From contig OX597818.1 of the NCBI GenBank assembly GCA_951406725.2, positions 137,144,001-137,208,000 on the forward strand: DNA of 64,000 bases, written 5' to 3'. Each line of letters opens with the position of its first letter. The first letter of the stretch is position 1. The translations under genes were made by a program, and so were the position numbers. This DNA comes from Octopus vulgaris. Lineage: Eukaryota. The notes under the pieces were generated by a model. The model saw nothing but the letters and a program-made list of their open reading frames with translations. It was not told the DNA's origin and made no database searches. Shown here one piece after another: positions 1-13,075 of the stretch.

Positions 1-25
1 TATGTTTATATAAGAAGCGATTAAA

Positions 26-440
26 AGGCGGCGAGCTGGCAGAATCGTTAGTACGCCGGGTGAAATGCTTAGCGGTATTTCGTCTGCCGTTACGTTCTGA
101 GTTCAAATTCCGCCGAGGTCGACTTTGCCTTTCATCCTTTCGGGGTGGATAAATTAAGTACCAGTTACGCACTGGGGTCGATATAATCGACTTAATCCGT
201 CTGTCTGTCCTTGCTTGTCTCCTCTGTGTTTAGCCCCTTGTGGGTAGTAAAGAAATAGGTATTTCGTCTGTCTTTACGTTCTGGGTTCAAATTCCGCCGA
301 GGTTGACTTTGCCTTTCATCCTTTCGGTGTCGATTAAATAAGTACCAGTTACGCACTGGAGTCGATGTAATCGACTTAATCCGTCTGTCTGTCCTTGTTT
401 TTCCCCTCCATATTTAGCCCCGTGTGGGCAGTAAAGAAAT
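26..440 (+). mobile_element. tRNA-derived SINE family A, body tandemly duplicated (2 units)
   Basis: Head GGCGGCGAGCTGGCAGAATCGTTAG (A-box-like) and GAGTTCAAATTCC (B-box-like). The body GGTATTTCGTCTG...TAAAGAAATA occurs twice. Flanking direct repeat TAAGAAGCGAT(T/G)AAA at 11-25 and 440-454. Several other copies in the window. Confidence 0.85.
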
Positions 441-875
441 AAGAAGCGATGAAATGTTTCCTTCTAGTATTTTACTAATTTCTACTATTACTTCAAACTT
501 AATTTATTAAGGAGCATTGCCTTGTGGTCAAGAATTTTGCTTGTTCGTTTCTGATTACGCTTTCACAGCATGATACATTGAATCAAGTGTTGTGAGAGAA
601 ATCGGATTGACGCCATCAACATCTCATATCTGGGCGCTTTCAACGAAGTCCACTTTGTTGTAGATTTTCGGATAACACCACACCGACATTCTGTCCAATG
701 AATTCTCACTTGTTTCGTTTCGTTCTGTCTTTCTTCATTTTGTTTCCTCTTTCTTCCTTTTTATTCCTTCATTTTGTTGCATTTGTTTTAATATTTACGT
801 TATTCCTTTACTGTTTTTTCTTGCCTCTCATTCTTTTGAGAGGAATCTTTCTCATTGTATCTAGTCTCTTTAGAC

Positions 876-1377
876 CAGGGATGGGGAAACCTTCGCCCGC
901 GGGTGCAACTGCACCTGCAAGCCCTTGTTATTTCGACTGCAAGCTGATATACTCATATGTACAAAATATAGTAAATTTATACAGTATTTGTATACCTATT
1001 TGCGACATAGGTCGCGTTTCCACTACGCCTTTAAACGGTTAGATACGAACAAAAACTCGTCTAGTAATTGCCATTTGAATGAAAATTTTGCTTTCACCAT
1101 AAAACACATTTTGCTAGGTTTGTACCAACCCCTTGAGATCCAACTACACTGTAGCTGAAAAATATAGAAATCTCATAAGTAATATAAATATCCTAAATTC
1201 AGTGGCGGCGTTAATGAAGATGTTACGCGTTAATTTAATGTGTTAAACTTTTCTTTATTAATGTATATCGAATTATACATAGATATATACAAGATCTATA
1301 CAGATCTTGTGATCCGCCTGCGGACCTTTTTCTTTGTAAATTTTTACCCGCCGCCCTAAAAAGTTACCCGACCCCTG
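876..1377. mobile_element. hAT (Charlie-like) non-autonomous DNA transposon/MITE
   Basis: Imperfect TIRs CAGGGATGGGGAAAC / GTTACCCGACCCCTG. 8-bp TSD CTTTAGAC (868-875) / CTTTAGAT (1378-1385). An empty paralogous site lies at ~2790-2800. Confidence 0.8.
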
Positions 1378-1953
1378 CTTTAGATTAATGACATGAACGT
1401 TGTTACTTCTAGTTTGAAGAGGTAAAGATCTTTCTCCTTTTACACCAGCAGTTTTGAAGGCTCTACAGACAGCCATGTCAACCATTTTTCATCCTTTGTC
1501 CATTTTGATATAACTCATATAGGTAATGCAGTCTTAGGTAGTCAGTGCCTGACAAAGTGATGGTGTTTATTCCATTCTGTTATCGTGAGTGAGTGTACAA
1601 ATGTACAAATGAATATATATAACCGTCGTGCTTAATTGTATGTGTAAATGATGTCTATGTGGGATAGCCATCAAATGTTACTTAAGTAGCTGTACGGGGG
1701 AGTGTGTGCGTAAGAGGGATGTCAAAATTATCGAAGTATTACATATGTGTATTTTGTAGAGACGTTTGTTATTTCAACACACCTATATATATATGTGTGG
1801 GTATGTGTGCATGAGTGCATGCATAACACACACACACATTCATACACACACACATTTGTAGTAACCAAATCACTATACTGGAAGCAGACTGGATGAAGAC
1901 AATCTACATGAGGCACTAAACTCAACAGTAATAGACGTACACGCAAGACATAC

Positions 1954-2008
<55 letters not shown>

Positions 2009-2611
2009 CATGCATACATATTTATGCATATGCATATATAAACACGCAAATATATAAATGTATGTGTACATAGATATACATACATACATACATACATACA
2101 TGCATACATATATATGCGCGTCTATGCATGTTTCTGTGTGTATGTATGTGTGTGTGTGTTTGTATGTATGTGTGTGTGTATGTGTGTTGTGTGTGTGTGT
2201 TTGTGTGTGCGTGTGTGTTGTGTGTGAATGATGTTCGTCATGTTTAGTAATAGCGGTTCATTTCGGGAGGGGAAAAAATGGACTCTGCCATAAGAAGAGA
2301 GGCTCAACTAAGAGAGGAAACGTGACCTGTGATCGATCATAAATTCTTAATTACGACCAGTTAATCTCTTCTGCCTAAATCTCCTTTGTTTCTCATTCGG
2401 GAATATTCCATCACATTTTCTCCAATTAACTCTCATCATTTCTCCCTTTATTTTTTTTTCTTTCTTTCTTTTGTCGAACCTTCTCCTTTGTATCCTTTTT
2501 ATTATGATTATTTTTTCTCTTTTATTTTTCTAAATTTTTATTTACTCTTTCGTTTCGTCAGTTGATTTAATGTCTTTCTAACTTATTTTTCACTACACCC
2601 TACCACACAAC

Positions 2612-2835
2612 ACCAACACCAACATTCTGTTCACTGATTTCTCACTTGTTTCGTTTCGTTTTGTCCTTCTTCTTTTTGTCTCGCTCTTTGTTTTTATGTT
2701 GTTCTTGTATTTATTTTAATATTTACAGTGTTCCTTTCCTGAATTTCTTGCTTCTCCTTCCTTAGAGAGGAATCTTTCTCACTGTGTCTTGTTTCCTTAA
2801 ACTAATGGCATTACCATTGTTACTTTTAGTTGTAA
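2612..2835 (+). repeat. Diverged duplicate of 672-875 + 1378-1415 (without the hAT insertion)
   Basis: Shared ACATTCTGT..TTCTCACTTGTTTCGTTTCGTT..GAGGAATCTTTCTCA..TTGTTACTT.TAGTT. Confidence 0.75.
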
Positions 2836-3400
2836 TTATTGCCTGATTTAATTTTATATCTTTATGCTTTTTTTTTTCCACTCCCACTTTTTCTCTTTCT
2901 TTCTCTCCTCTCCTCCCCTTCTCTCTCAGTAAATGTGTCCAATTTTTTATTCATTTTCCAGCCTCGTCTCCCCAGTTCTTTACTCTTTCCGTCATTCTTC
3001 GGTTATTTACGACCTTTGTCCGAAGATTTGCTATCTCATTTTCGAATCTGAGTTTCTTTTAAATGTTTATGTTATAGTTTGTGTGTGTGTGCGTGTGTGT
3101 GTATTATTTATATGTAGTTGCTTCCAAATATTTTTTTCGTCTTTTTACTTCTTTCTGAAGTTAAAAGCCAATTTATATATTTTATCTTCTTTCTCTCTCG
3201 TTTTCTTGATCTTTTTTCTTCCTTCTTTTACAAAAACTTTTTTTGTTTTTTAACCCCTAATTTCTCTTATTCTCTATAATCTTCCTCTGTAACTTCTTTC
3301 GTCTTCTATCGTTCTTTATCAATCACTCATTATTTTCTCTCTTTCACTTCATTTGGTCCCTCCCAAGTCTGTCTAACACCCCCTGTCTCTGTTTACCTCC

Positions 3401-3401
<1 letters not shown>

Positions 3402-3467
<66 letters not shown>

Positions 3468-3573
3468 CAGCACACACACAACCAGCCCTTCGGTACACGT
3501 ATTTATACTCAGTTCAGTAATTTATGCAGTGTGAAAAGTCTAAATCAGCAAACACGACAGCACACACACACAC

Positions 3574-3609
<36 letters not shown>

Positions 3610-3830
3610 ACACTCACACACACGCACACACACACACACACTCACACACACATGCGCACACACACACACACTCACACACACTTACACACACACAGAGCTT
3701 CCACCCTCGACAACAGAAATAAAATAAACAAAGATTCCAAAAACAACAACAATAACAACAACAACAACAACAACAGTCCAATTACAAGAGCAACAACATC
3801 ACCATCCGAGGCAACAACAACAATGATAAT
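3402..3830. repeat. (AC)n and (CAA)n microsatellite cluster
   Basis: Directly visible. Confidence 0.95.
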
Positions 3831-4350
3831 AACTACGGCTTTAATAGTAACATAGTAGAAACATCAATGGCAATTAAACGAAAATTAAAACTCTCGAGAA
3901 GCAAGGAGCTCCTACAAGATGTCTTTACAAATGAAATACACAATAAAAATCAAAGCGAGCAAGAAGTGGGTGGGGTATTATTACAATGAAGCAAAATGAG
4001 GTTCTTTTTACCGGTTATCTTTTTTTTTCTCTTTTATATTTAAAGCAAAATGTAGAAAAAGACATTGTCATAGGAAGAAGATTTGTTAAAGCATCGCAGA
4101 ATAAACTGTATTTGTTGTATTTAAGACGTACCGCCGAGATTTGTGGCCAATAATCGGTAAACTGGCTGGAGTAACTGGAGATCCACCGAGATAGGCTTTA
4201 TAGGTGGTCATTAGAACTGCTAGAAATAGATAATGTAACGCGGTTAAAAATGATTTTGATCATTGATGGAATAAAGCAGAGTTGACCAAGAACTTATCGA
4301 TGACGGTAACAACCTCAACAACAACAAAACAGAGCAGCGTATAAAACAGG

Positions 4351-4592
4351 TTCTGTTGTGTCTGGAGAAAGTCGTTTTCTTTTTGTGCCTTATAATGTAA
4401 CACACTCACCGGTGAAATTTCCGCTTATTTCTTAATTTTATTTTCCTAACGTTTTCGTTGCGTCTGGCAACCTTTTCAATAGTCTTGACTCTTTTAGGAA
4501 AATAAAAATAAGAAATAAGTGGAAATTTTACCGGTGAATGTGTTACATTATAAGGCACAAAAGGAAAATGACTCCCCTCAGACACAACAGAA
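4351..4592. repeat. Fold-back palindromic element, ~100-bp arms
   Basis: Arm 4351-4449 is the reverse complement of 4494-4592. Direct repeat GTATAAAACAGG at 4339-4350 and 4650-4661. Confidence 0.8.
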
Positions 4593-4843
4593 TATGCTTC
4601 AACACACAAACTCATATAAAGGATCTTGCAAACCAAATCCAAAAACGAAGTATAAAACAGGATTCTATACAAATAGCTAAGGCGTATATGTACCCCCAAT
4701 TTGACAGTTATTTTGTTATTGTTGTGACGTCATTGAAATTGATGTTGTTTAGTTAGAGTTAGCCTTGATTAAGCAGACCACTATGAAAAGGTGGTCTACC
4801 CAAAAGTATGCAGGCTTATTTTCAGATGCAATATCTGGGGGCT

Positions 4844-5228
4844 GGAGGCGCAATGGCCCAGTGGTTAGGGCAGCGGACTCGCGGTCATAGGATCGCGGTT
4901 TCGATTCCCAGACCGGGCGTTGTGAGTGTTTATTGAGCGAAAACACCTAAAAGCTCCACGAGGCTCCGGCAGGGGATGGTGGTGATCCCTGCTGTACTCT
5001 TTCACCACAACTTTCTCTCACTCTTACTTCCTGTTTCTGTTGTACGTGTATTTCAAAGGGTCGGCCTTGTCACTCTCTGTGTCACGCTGAATATCCCCGA
5101 GAACTACATTAAGGGTACACGTGTCTGTGGAGTGCTCAGCCACTTACACGTTAATTTCACGAGCAGGCTGTTCCGTTGATTCGGATCAACCGGAACCCTC
5201 GTCGTCGTAACCGACGGAGTGCTTCCAC
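4844..5228 (+). mobile_element. tRNA-derived SINE family B, full length (resembles octopus OR-type SINEs)
   Basis: Head GGAGGCGCAATGGCCCAGTGGTTAGGGC...GGTTTCGATTCCC. TSD ATCTGGGGGCT at 4833-4843 and 5229-5239. Near-identical copies at 40121, 55815 and 58228. Confidence 0.9.
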
Positions 5229-5814
5229 ATCTGGGGGCTACTTCACCAAATGTGATTTTCCTTAAGATCTTTTTCAAGACGGCAGGTGCCGCTTGTCGGT
5301 CAACTGAATCCTTTGGTAGAATATACTTGCCAAAAGCGCCACTCATTGGGATTGAACCTTGGACTTATAAGTGGGAAGTGACTGTTTTGATGAAAGCAGC
5401 CATTAATCTATCAATGCGGCCATAGTTTGGTACTGGGGATCAAACAATACGACAAAAGCATGTAAACATACTCCATACTCACATGTATTTATTAAAGTTG
5501 AATCATAAGAATTAAAAAAAAAACATTATTGAATAGCAATACATCATACAGGAACATAAAGCATTTACTGAAGACTGCAGAAGTCTATATTCCTTTGTAA
5601 TCTCTCTGTCTCTCTCTGTCTCTGTCTCTCTCTCTCTCTCTCTCCGACACTCTTTCACTTCCTTCGTAAGTTTTGTTCAGGTAATGTCAAATTTCATCGA
5701 TTTCATCCAAGGAAACACACCACTAGGCTACAAAGTCTTGTTTACTGAACACTTCCCACTTTAGCGTATATATCGGTCCGTTTACTCTGCAATAGGTCAG
5801 ACAGTTTGCCAAAC

Positions 5815-6010
5815 TGTCAGTCTGTCTGTTTGTCTGTCTCTCTGCCTGCCTGTTTGTCTGTATGCATGTTAGTCTGTCTACCTGTCTATCAGTTTGTCTT
5901 TCTATCTGTGTTTCTGTTTGTATGTCAGTCTGTCCTTTTCTTTCTGTCTTTCTTTCTTTCTTTCTTTCTTTCTTCGTTTCTTCGTTTCTTTCTTTCTTTT
6001 TCTCTTCGTT

Positions 6011-6046
<36 letters not shown>

Positions 6047-6058
6047 TTTCTCTTCGTT

Positions 6059-6094
<36 letters not shown>

Positions 6095-6693
6095 GCTTTC
6101 TGTCTGTCTGTCTGTCTGTTTGCCTCTCTCTCTCTTCATGCACGCCACTCTGTTTTTTTGTCTACGCCTGTCTCTTCTTTCTTTCTCTACTCATTTTCTT
6201 CATAAAGTCATTCACTCGCTCACTCACACACACTCACTCACATACTCACTCACACACTCATTCACTTACTCACTCACTCACTCACTCAGTTACGCACTCG
6301 CTCGCTCACTCACACATTCATTCGCTCTCTCACACCACTCTCTCACTCTCACACAACTCACTCACTTACTCCCTCCCTCACTCACTCACTCGCTTCTTCT
6401 GACACTCAGTCACGCACTCACTCACTCACATATTCACTCATTCACTCACTCACTCACTCACTCACTCACTCACTCACTCACTCATTCACTCTCACACACC
6501 ACTCACTCAAACAATAACGCAACTTACTCACTCACTCATTCACTCACCCTCATTCACCCTTACTTACTCATCCACTCATTCATTCACTCTCTCACACCAC
6601 TCACTCAGACAATAACACAACTCACTCACTCACTCACTCGCTCGCTCACTCACTCACTCACTCACTCACTCACTCACTCGCTCACTCACTCAC
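5815..6693. repeat. Compound (CTGT)n/(CTTT)n/(CTCA)n microsatellite
   Basis: Directly visible; explains ORFs 5723-6869. Confidence 0.95.
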
Positions 6694-7806
6694 TTTACGT
6701 GCATCTATGTCCTCTTTCTTCCCCCAGTTTCTCCAGATTTTGCAAACCTTCCTCTCATACACACAAGCCAATCCAATGCTTTCCTCCACTTAAACACTAT
6801 CAGTTCTCCATCTGTCTTCTTTTCTCTGTAACATCGCATCTTCCCACACTCTATTGCCTGCTTAGTTAGCTTCTTTGTACGACTATTTAAATTATAAACC
6901 CCAAGTAGTATATAAATCAATGGGAATTTTCTTCTGCCCCTAATAGAGGCATTTTTCCCGCCCCGCCTCATCTTCCCCTACCACAATAAGGTTAGTCCTC
7001 ATAGTGCGCTCCTTGTGTTACATAGCTAACATAGAATTAGTGTAAATCACAGATCTGCTTGCTGATTTACAGTTATTAACAGAAAAACTGCCATTTGAAA
7101 AGGGTGACCGCTTAAAATGCTGGTCACAGAGAATGAAACCAGGTCGCCATTTTTATTTTATTTTATTTTATTTTTTTACCTTTTACTTTTCTGCCATTTT
7201 CTCTTTTCCGTTTTCCTCTCATCGTTTCTTTCTTTTTCTTTCATCTTGTTTTTATTTATTTATTTATTTATTATTTTAAAAGGTTTTTTTTTTTGGTTTG
7301 CTTTGTATTTGTGTTTATTTATATTGCTGTATTTATATTTTCTTTGTTACATTTTGGTATCTGGTAGGATTTGTAGGTCTGAACGACAAAACATTCGTTA
7401 ATAAATAACTAAGGCAATAAAAACAACATCTACAACACGCAGAACAACAACAGCAACAACAACAACAATGACAACTAAAACAATAACAACAGCAAAAATA
7501 CCAACAACAACAACGTTGGCTATAATTACTTTTGCAAAAATTGTCATATAGGTAACAACAACAACAACATACAATACGTACGGAATACTTAGTCGTTGAC
7601 CTGAACAACTTCAAATAGCAACAAACGTTTTCCAAAATTAACCATTGGAACTTTCCAATCACGTTCTTTCGGCTTCAGTCTCACATCCCGGACCGACCAA
7701 TGTCTTATGTATTATAAGAGATTTTGGTAGAAAGAAACTGTGGAATCCCGTCATATATATAAATATATATATATTTATATATATATGTATATATATATAT
7801 GTGTCT

Positions 7807-7869
<63 letters not shown>

Positions 7870-8349
7870 TGTGTGCATGCACGTTGTTTTTGATTTTGTC
7901 GACTACACAGTATAGTAGGGCACCGTTTGCGAGGAGAACGGCACCGTGACGCAATTCACTCTGCCAGAAATTTGGAAATGACATTAGATTAAAGAGTATT
8001 TTCTGCTTTGTATGTATATAGTAAGATTTAAGGTGAAAAAGCATAGAAATCTTGTTTGTGTAGATAACGATTAATTAATCCATTACAATATGTACAGAGT
8101 TGATTGAATTCGTTTCGCTAATCATGACTCAGTGTTATAAAGCATAATTTGGTTTTAGATTTAATCTTCTGTAGAATCAGGTATGAAAATTTTGCGTTTA
8201 TATTGGAGAGTATAGCTCAAGGGAAGTAATCAGTGAATATAATGTTTTTTTTATCTTAAGGGATAATCAGTGGATATAATATTTCTTAGCTAAGGGGAGG
8301 TAAATCTGTGTTTCCTTTTTACTGGTTGGTTTTTCATTTGAGAATTCCA

Positions 8350-9550
8350 TTATGTATTCATGTTAAGTTTCGGTTTGTATTTTTCAATAAATGTAGCCTC
8401 TTTATTTAGTCGTTGTTGATTTGAGGTCCTTTTTGTGCATTGATATAATGTGAATATTGTGAATTGTGGTTGGCGTTTCTTAGCACATCTGTCTATGTGA
8501 TAACTGAGTGGTACTTGACAGTATTGGGGGTGGTAAATTTGTTGTCTGTGTAGTGTAGATCTGTGTCTGAAGCACATTCCTGTAGAGCCTATATAGTTCC
8601 TATTGCAGCCGGAACACGTCATGACGTAGATAAGGTTTTCAGAGGCTCAAGTGAAGTCAGTTTTAATTTTAAATCTTTGTTTTTGTTTAAAATGGAATTC
8701 TGAGCCTTCCATCGTATTGGTACATGTTCCACAGTTCGGTCGCCCACATTTTTTAACTCTAGCTTCTGTTATTTTAGAGTATAGTTTTGTATTTGTGAGT
8801 ATCTGCTTTAGTAGTTTGGGCTATTTGTTGCTTTTAATAATTTTATGCGTGCGTAGAATTTCATACAGCATAGGGTCCTTATGTAGTATTGGAAGGCTTT
8901 GGATAATAATGTTATGTACTTCGTTGTTTCTGGGGTTGTATGTGGAAATATAGGGTAATATTTTTAGAGTGGGTTAGTTGCTTTATTTGACCTCTCTCAG
9001 TGATTGTATATTAATTCTTTTTGCACATTTTATCTCATCATCTTTAAGCGAAATTGGGTAGTGCCTGTTGGCGACTATGTTTTTAAGTTCTTGTAGTCTG
9101 AGTGCTCTGGTGCTTTTTTGCGACACCGTAGGGCAGATTCTTCTCGCTTAGATTGAATGGAATATCTATTTTGATATGTCTCGGGTCGCATGAGCTAAAT
9201 AATAAGTGTTGTTTCGAGTTTGAATTTTTGTAAAATATGACGGTTTCTACTTTTTCATTTGCTCTTTTGATTAGTATATCTAGAAAAGGAGGTTTCTTTT
9301 TGTTGTTTTCCATTTTGAATTGTTTATTTGTATTTATGGTACTGTGGAGTCTTGTGAATTCCAATAGTTTATCCATGTTCTCATTCAATTGAATGAAACA
9401 GTCAGCCAAATATCTTTTCCAATTTCCCTTTATGTATTAGGAAAGGGGATTTCCGAATTTTGTGAGTGACTACTGATACACTGTTAGTTCCAAATAGACC
9501 ATTGTCAAGTTTTCAAGAACGGGGGCTGCCTTGGTTCCCATCGCAACTCT
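8350..9550 (-). mobile_element. Decayed Penelope-like retroelement (RT C-half, Cys-rich linker, GIY-YIG endonuclease; Neptune-like architecture)
   Basis: Minus-strand motifs VAMGTKAAPVLENLTMVYLE, KRYLADCFI (YxDD position), PFLDILI, CGRPNCGTC linker, NLIYVMTCSGCNRNYIGST...EATFIEKYKPKLN. Stops and frameshifts present. Confidence 0.85.
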
Positions 9551-9703
9551 GTACATATTGTAATAAATTAAATGATCTTTATCTACACGAACAAGATTTC
9601 TGTGCTTTTTCTCCTTAAATCCTATTTTATATTTACCACCACGTGAAATCTCCCTTCGATTTTATCTCCGATATATATATGTGTGTGTATATATATATAT
9701 CTT

Positions 9704-10000
9704 TGGAGTCGCAATGGCCCAGCGGTTAGGGCAGCGGTCTCGCAGTCGGAGGATTGCGGTTTCGATTCCCAGACCGGGCGTTGTGTGTGTTTATTGAAGG
9801 AAAGCACCTAAAAGCTCCACGAGGCTCCGGCAGATGTAGTGGTGACCCCTGTTGTACTCTTTCACCACAACTTTCTTTCAGTTTCTCTTCCTGTTGAGTA
9901 ACGCTGCGATGGACTGGCGTCCCATCCAGCTGGGAGGAACACATACGCTACAGAAACCGGGAAACTGGGCCCATGAGCCTGGTTAGGCTTGAAAAGGGCG
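9704..10000 (+). mobile_element. SINE B-headed element with a different 3' module
   Basis: The first ~185 bp match family B. It then switches to GCGATGGACTGGCGTCCCATCCAG...CTACAGAAACCGGG. Confidence 0.8.
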
Positions 10001-10039
10001 ACGAAAATATACTATATATATATGTGATATATATATATA

Positions 10040-10654
10040 AAGGAAATATCAACCAAATACATAATTCACAAAAGGGATACAAATGCAGGCAAATCAATAA
10101 AATGTGGAGTTAACACCAAAGATATCACCCACATCATAAGCAATTGTCCGAAATGTCATCACGGTATTATCTAGCTAGGACACTATAAAGAAATCTGTCG
10201 GAAGGGTAACCCCGAGAACTAAGAAATAAGAATCCACAGTATGGTAGAAGCCATAGCCACTCATAATAACAAGGAGAACTAGTGGAATGTCCCAATGAAA
10301 ACCTCAATAAAATGTAAGCACAACAGACCTGATATAATGATTTTGGATAGAGGAAAGAAACTGTGTACAGTCGTGGAAACTACGGATGTTAACAAAAAGC
10401 CGAAAATCAGTGAAAAAGAGGACACCAAAGCTAATCTATTGAAAAATATGCAGTTACTCTATCCAGATAACAAGTTAAGACTTATACCTGTAATTACTGG
10501 GGTTCTGGGATATGTAACATACTGCCTAAATACCAATATTGAGAAATTAGGCTTCTCAAAACCAGAAAGTATAAAGCTAATTCGAAGACTACCGATCCAA
10601 TCGATCACTGGAACTGTAAAAATCTGCAAAGCATTCCAGAAGTTTATCATTTAA
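10040..10654 (+). mobile_element. Decayed 3' fragment of an RLE-type non-LTR retrotransposon (R4/NeSL-like)
   Basis: CCHC remnant KCGVNTKDITHIISNCPK, then HNRPDIMILD...VVE...K...IPVITGVLG (PD-(D/E)xK nuclease). Confidence 0.75.
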
Positions 10655-10998
10655 ATATATATGAGCATGCCTAGATATGCAACTATATGCATGAGAATAC
10701 ATACATAAAACAAAACATACAAATCTGCACATATACCTACCTACCTACCTACCTACATATATACATACATGCATACATAGTACAGACATACATATATACA
10801 TGCATACATGCATGTATATATATATACGTACACACGTACGTACAAACAAAACTACCTGTTGTTGATGTTGAAATTCCAGTGAAAGAGCGTTGGATCTAGA
10901 TTAGAAACCGGCTTTGTCCATTGGCAAGAAATCTTGAAATAAAATTGAATAATCATATACATACAGACACACTTACATATACACACATACCTGTGTGC

Positions 10999-11029
<31 letters not shown>

Positions 11030-11281
11030 TATTCAAAGCATTGAATAGCTTATGACGAAACCATGGTATGCTTTGTTTTCTGACTTTCTAATAATCTCAT
11101 AATAAGGACTTTTATGACTTTTATTACTACCTCAGTGCATCTAAATGGTAATATCTGTCGTTACTTTTCATAAAAAGCCTTTTCTTTTTTTTATTTACAA
11201 TGTGCATTTTCGTTGATTTTTCTTATTTTCCCCTTACATTTCCACGTGTGTTTTATATTTTCTTTTTGTAACATATTTCTA

Positions 11282-11871
<590 letters not shown>

Positions 11872-12045
11872 TGTTTCTTTATTAGCCACACAGGGCTGCA
11901 CACAGACAGGACAAATTACAAGGTAGAGCTTTTCTTTTGGGGGTAAAAAAAGGGGTTTGGTTTTCGATCAAAAGGGATCGCAAAGGGAAAGAAAGAGGAC
12001 AAAAAAAGGGGGGAATAAAATTAAAGAAAAAAAAAGATAGACATA
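11872..12045 (-). mobile_element. Probable 3' end of a non-LTR element inserted in a (GATA)n tract
   Basis: Minus strand ends CAGCCCTGTGTGGCTAATAAAGAAAC followed directly by (ATCT)n; GATA repeats on both sides. Confidence 0.4.
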
Positions 12046-12799
12046 TAGATAGATAGACAATGTTACCGATAGGAAAACTGTAATAATAGCAGCCATGTTG
12101 TTCAGCAAATCCTGTATTTCTTGATAATGCTTGCAATGATTGGCTGGTAATGTATGAAGTGAAAGCTTAATATTTCTCAATTAAAGCTGTTAATGTAATG
12201 CAGATTAGCTATTGGTTGTGGTGAGGTGTATCACGGGGTTTTGTAGTAGGGTGTGATTAAAGGGAAGACGCAGAGTGAAGTGATAAGGATAGCGTTTGGA
12301 ACTGTGAGAAAAGTAACGTCAGCTTAGTTCCTGGTAGTGTCGGATCAAGAGGAGGGGCAAAGTGAAAGGGTGGAAAAGATAGACAGAATGAAAGAACGGA
12401 AGAGAAACAGAGAGAGAGAGAGAAGGGGGGAGATAGAGATAGAGAGTGAGAGACAGACAGACAGAGAGAATTGGAGGAAGATGGAGATTGTATGAGTTTG
12501 CTGAAAAGCTGATAGCTGACTGGAAGAAAGTGAGGCGAAAGACGGAGAAGAGGTTATTTGTGGAGATGAAGATAAAAATGAATAAAGAGGAGATGAGAGA
12601 AAAAAGGAAAAGGATAACGAAATAGGGGATATGTAAGACTGAATGAAAAGAGAGTGAAGAATATTTGAGAATAAAGAAAAGAGAAGGAAAACTAAAGAAG
12701 AGGTAAAATGTGAAATAATGGCTATACACACAGACATACGCACACACGGATACACATATATAATCGGTAAGAATAGATATGAAAATATTCATTCAATCC

Positions 12800-13075
12800 A
12801 TTGTTTAGTCCCAACTAAGATACGGGGACGTAAAGAAACCATCACCGGTTGTCAAACGTTAGTGGAGAACCGACATAGACAGAGCGACACATACACACGC
12901 ACTCAAACATACACATACATACGAAATGCCTCTTTCGAGTTTCTGTCCACCAAATCCACTCATAAGGCTTTGGTCAGCCAATCGCTATAGTAGAAGACAA
13001 TTGGCCAAGATGCCAAGCAGTGGGATTGAACCCGGAATGATGTGGTTGGGAAGCAAAGGTCTTACTACACAGCCA
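12800..13075 (-). mobile_element. SINE family C, degenerate
   Basis: CCAAATCCACTCATAAGGCTTTGGTC...CAGTGGGATTGAACCCGG matches family C. Confidence 0.75.

Noticed and set aside
4844-4916. tRNA genes (SINE heads with A/B boxes)
   Set aside because: They continue into SINE bodies with TSDs and do not form a convincing complete cloverleaf.
4976-5179. Recurrent 67-aa ORF MVVIPAVLFHHNF... (also 40169, 55889, 58360)
   Set aside because: Lies within young SINE B copies; it recurs because the SINE recurs, with no sign of coding function.
8647-8649. In-frame TGA at a conserved Cys position before the PLE GIY-YIG (FT*ASENLIY), suggesting selenocysteine
   Set aside because: The same frame has a TAG nearby and the element is frameshifted; a single TGY>TGA change suffices. 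It would matter only if fixed in the family consensus with a SECIS.
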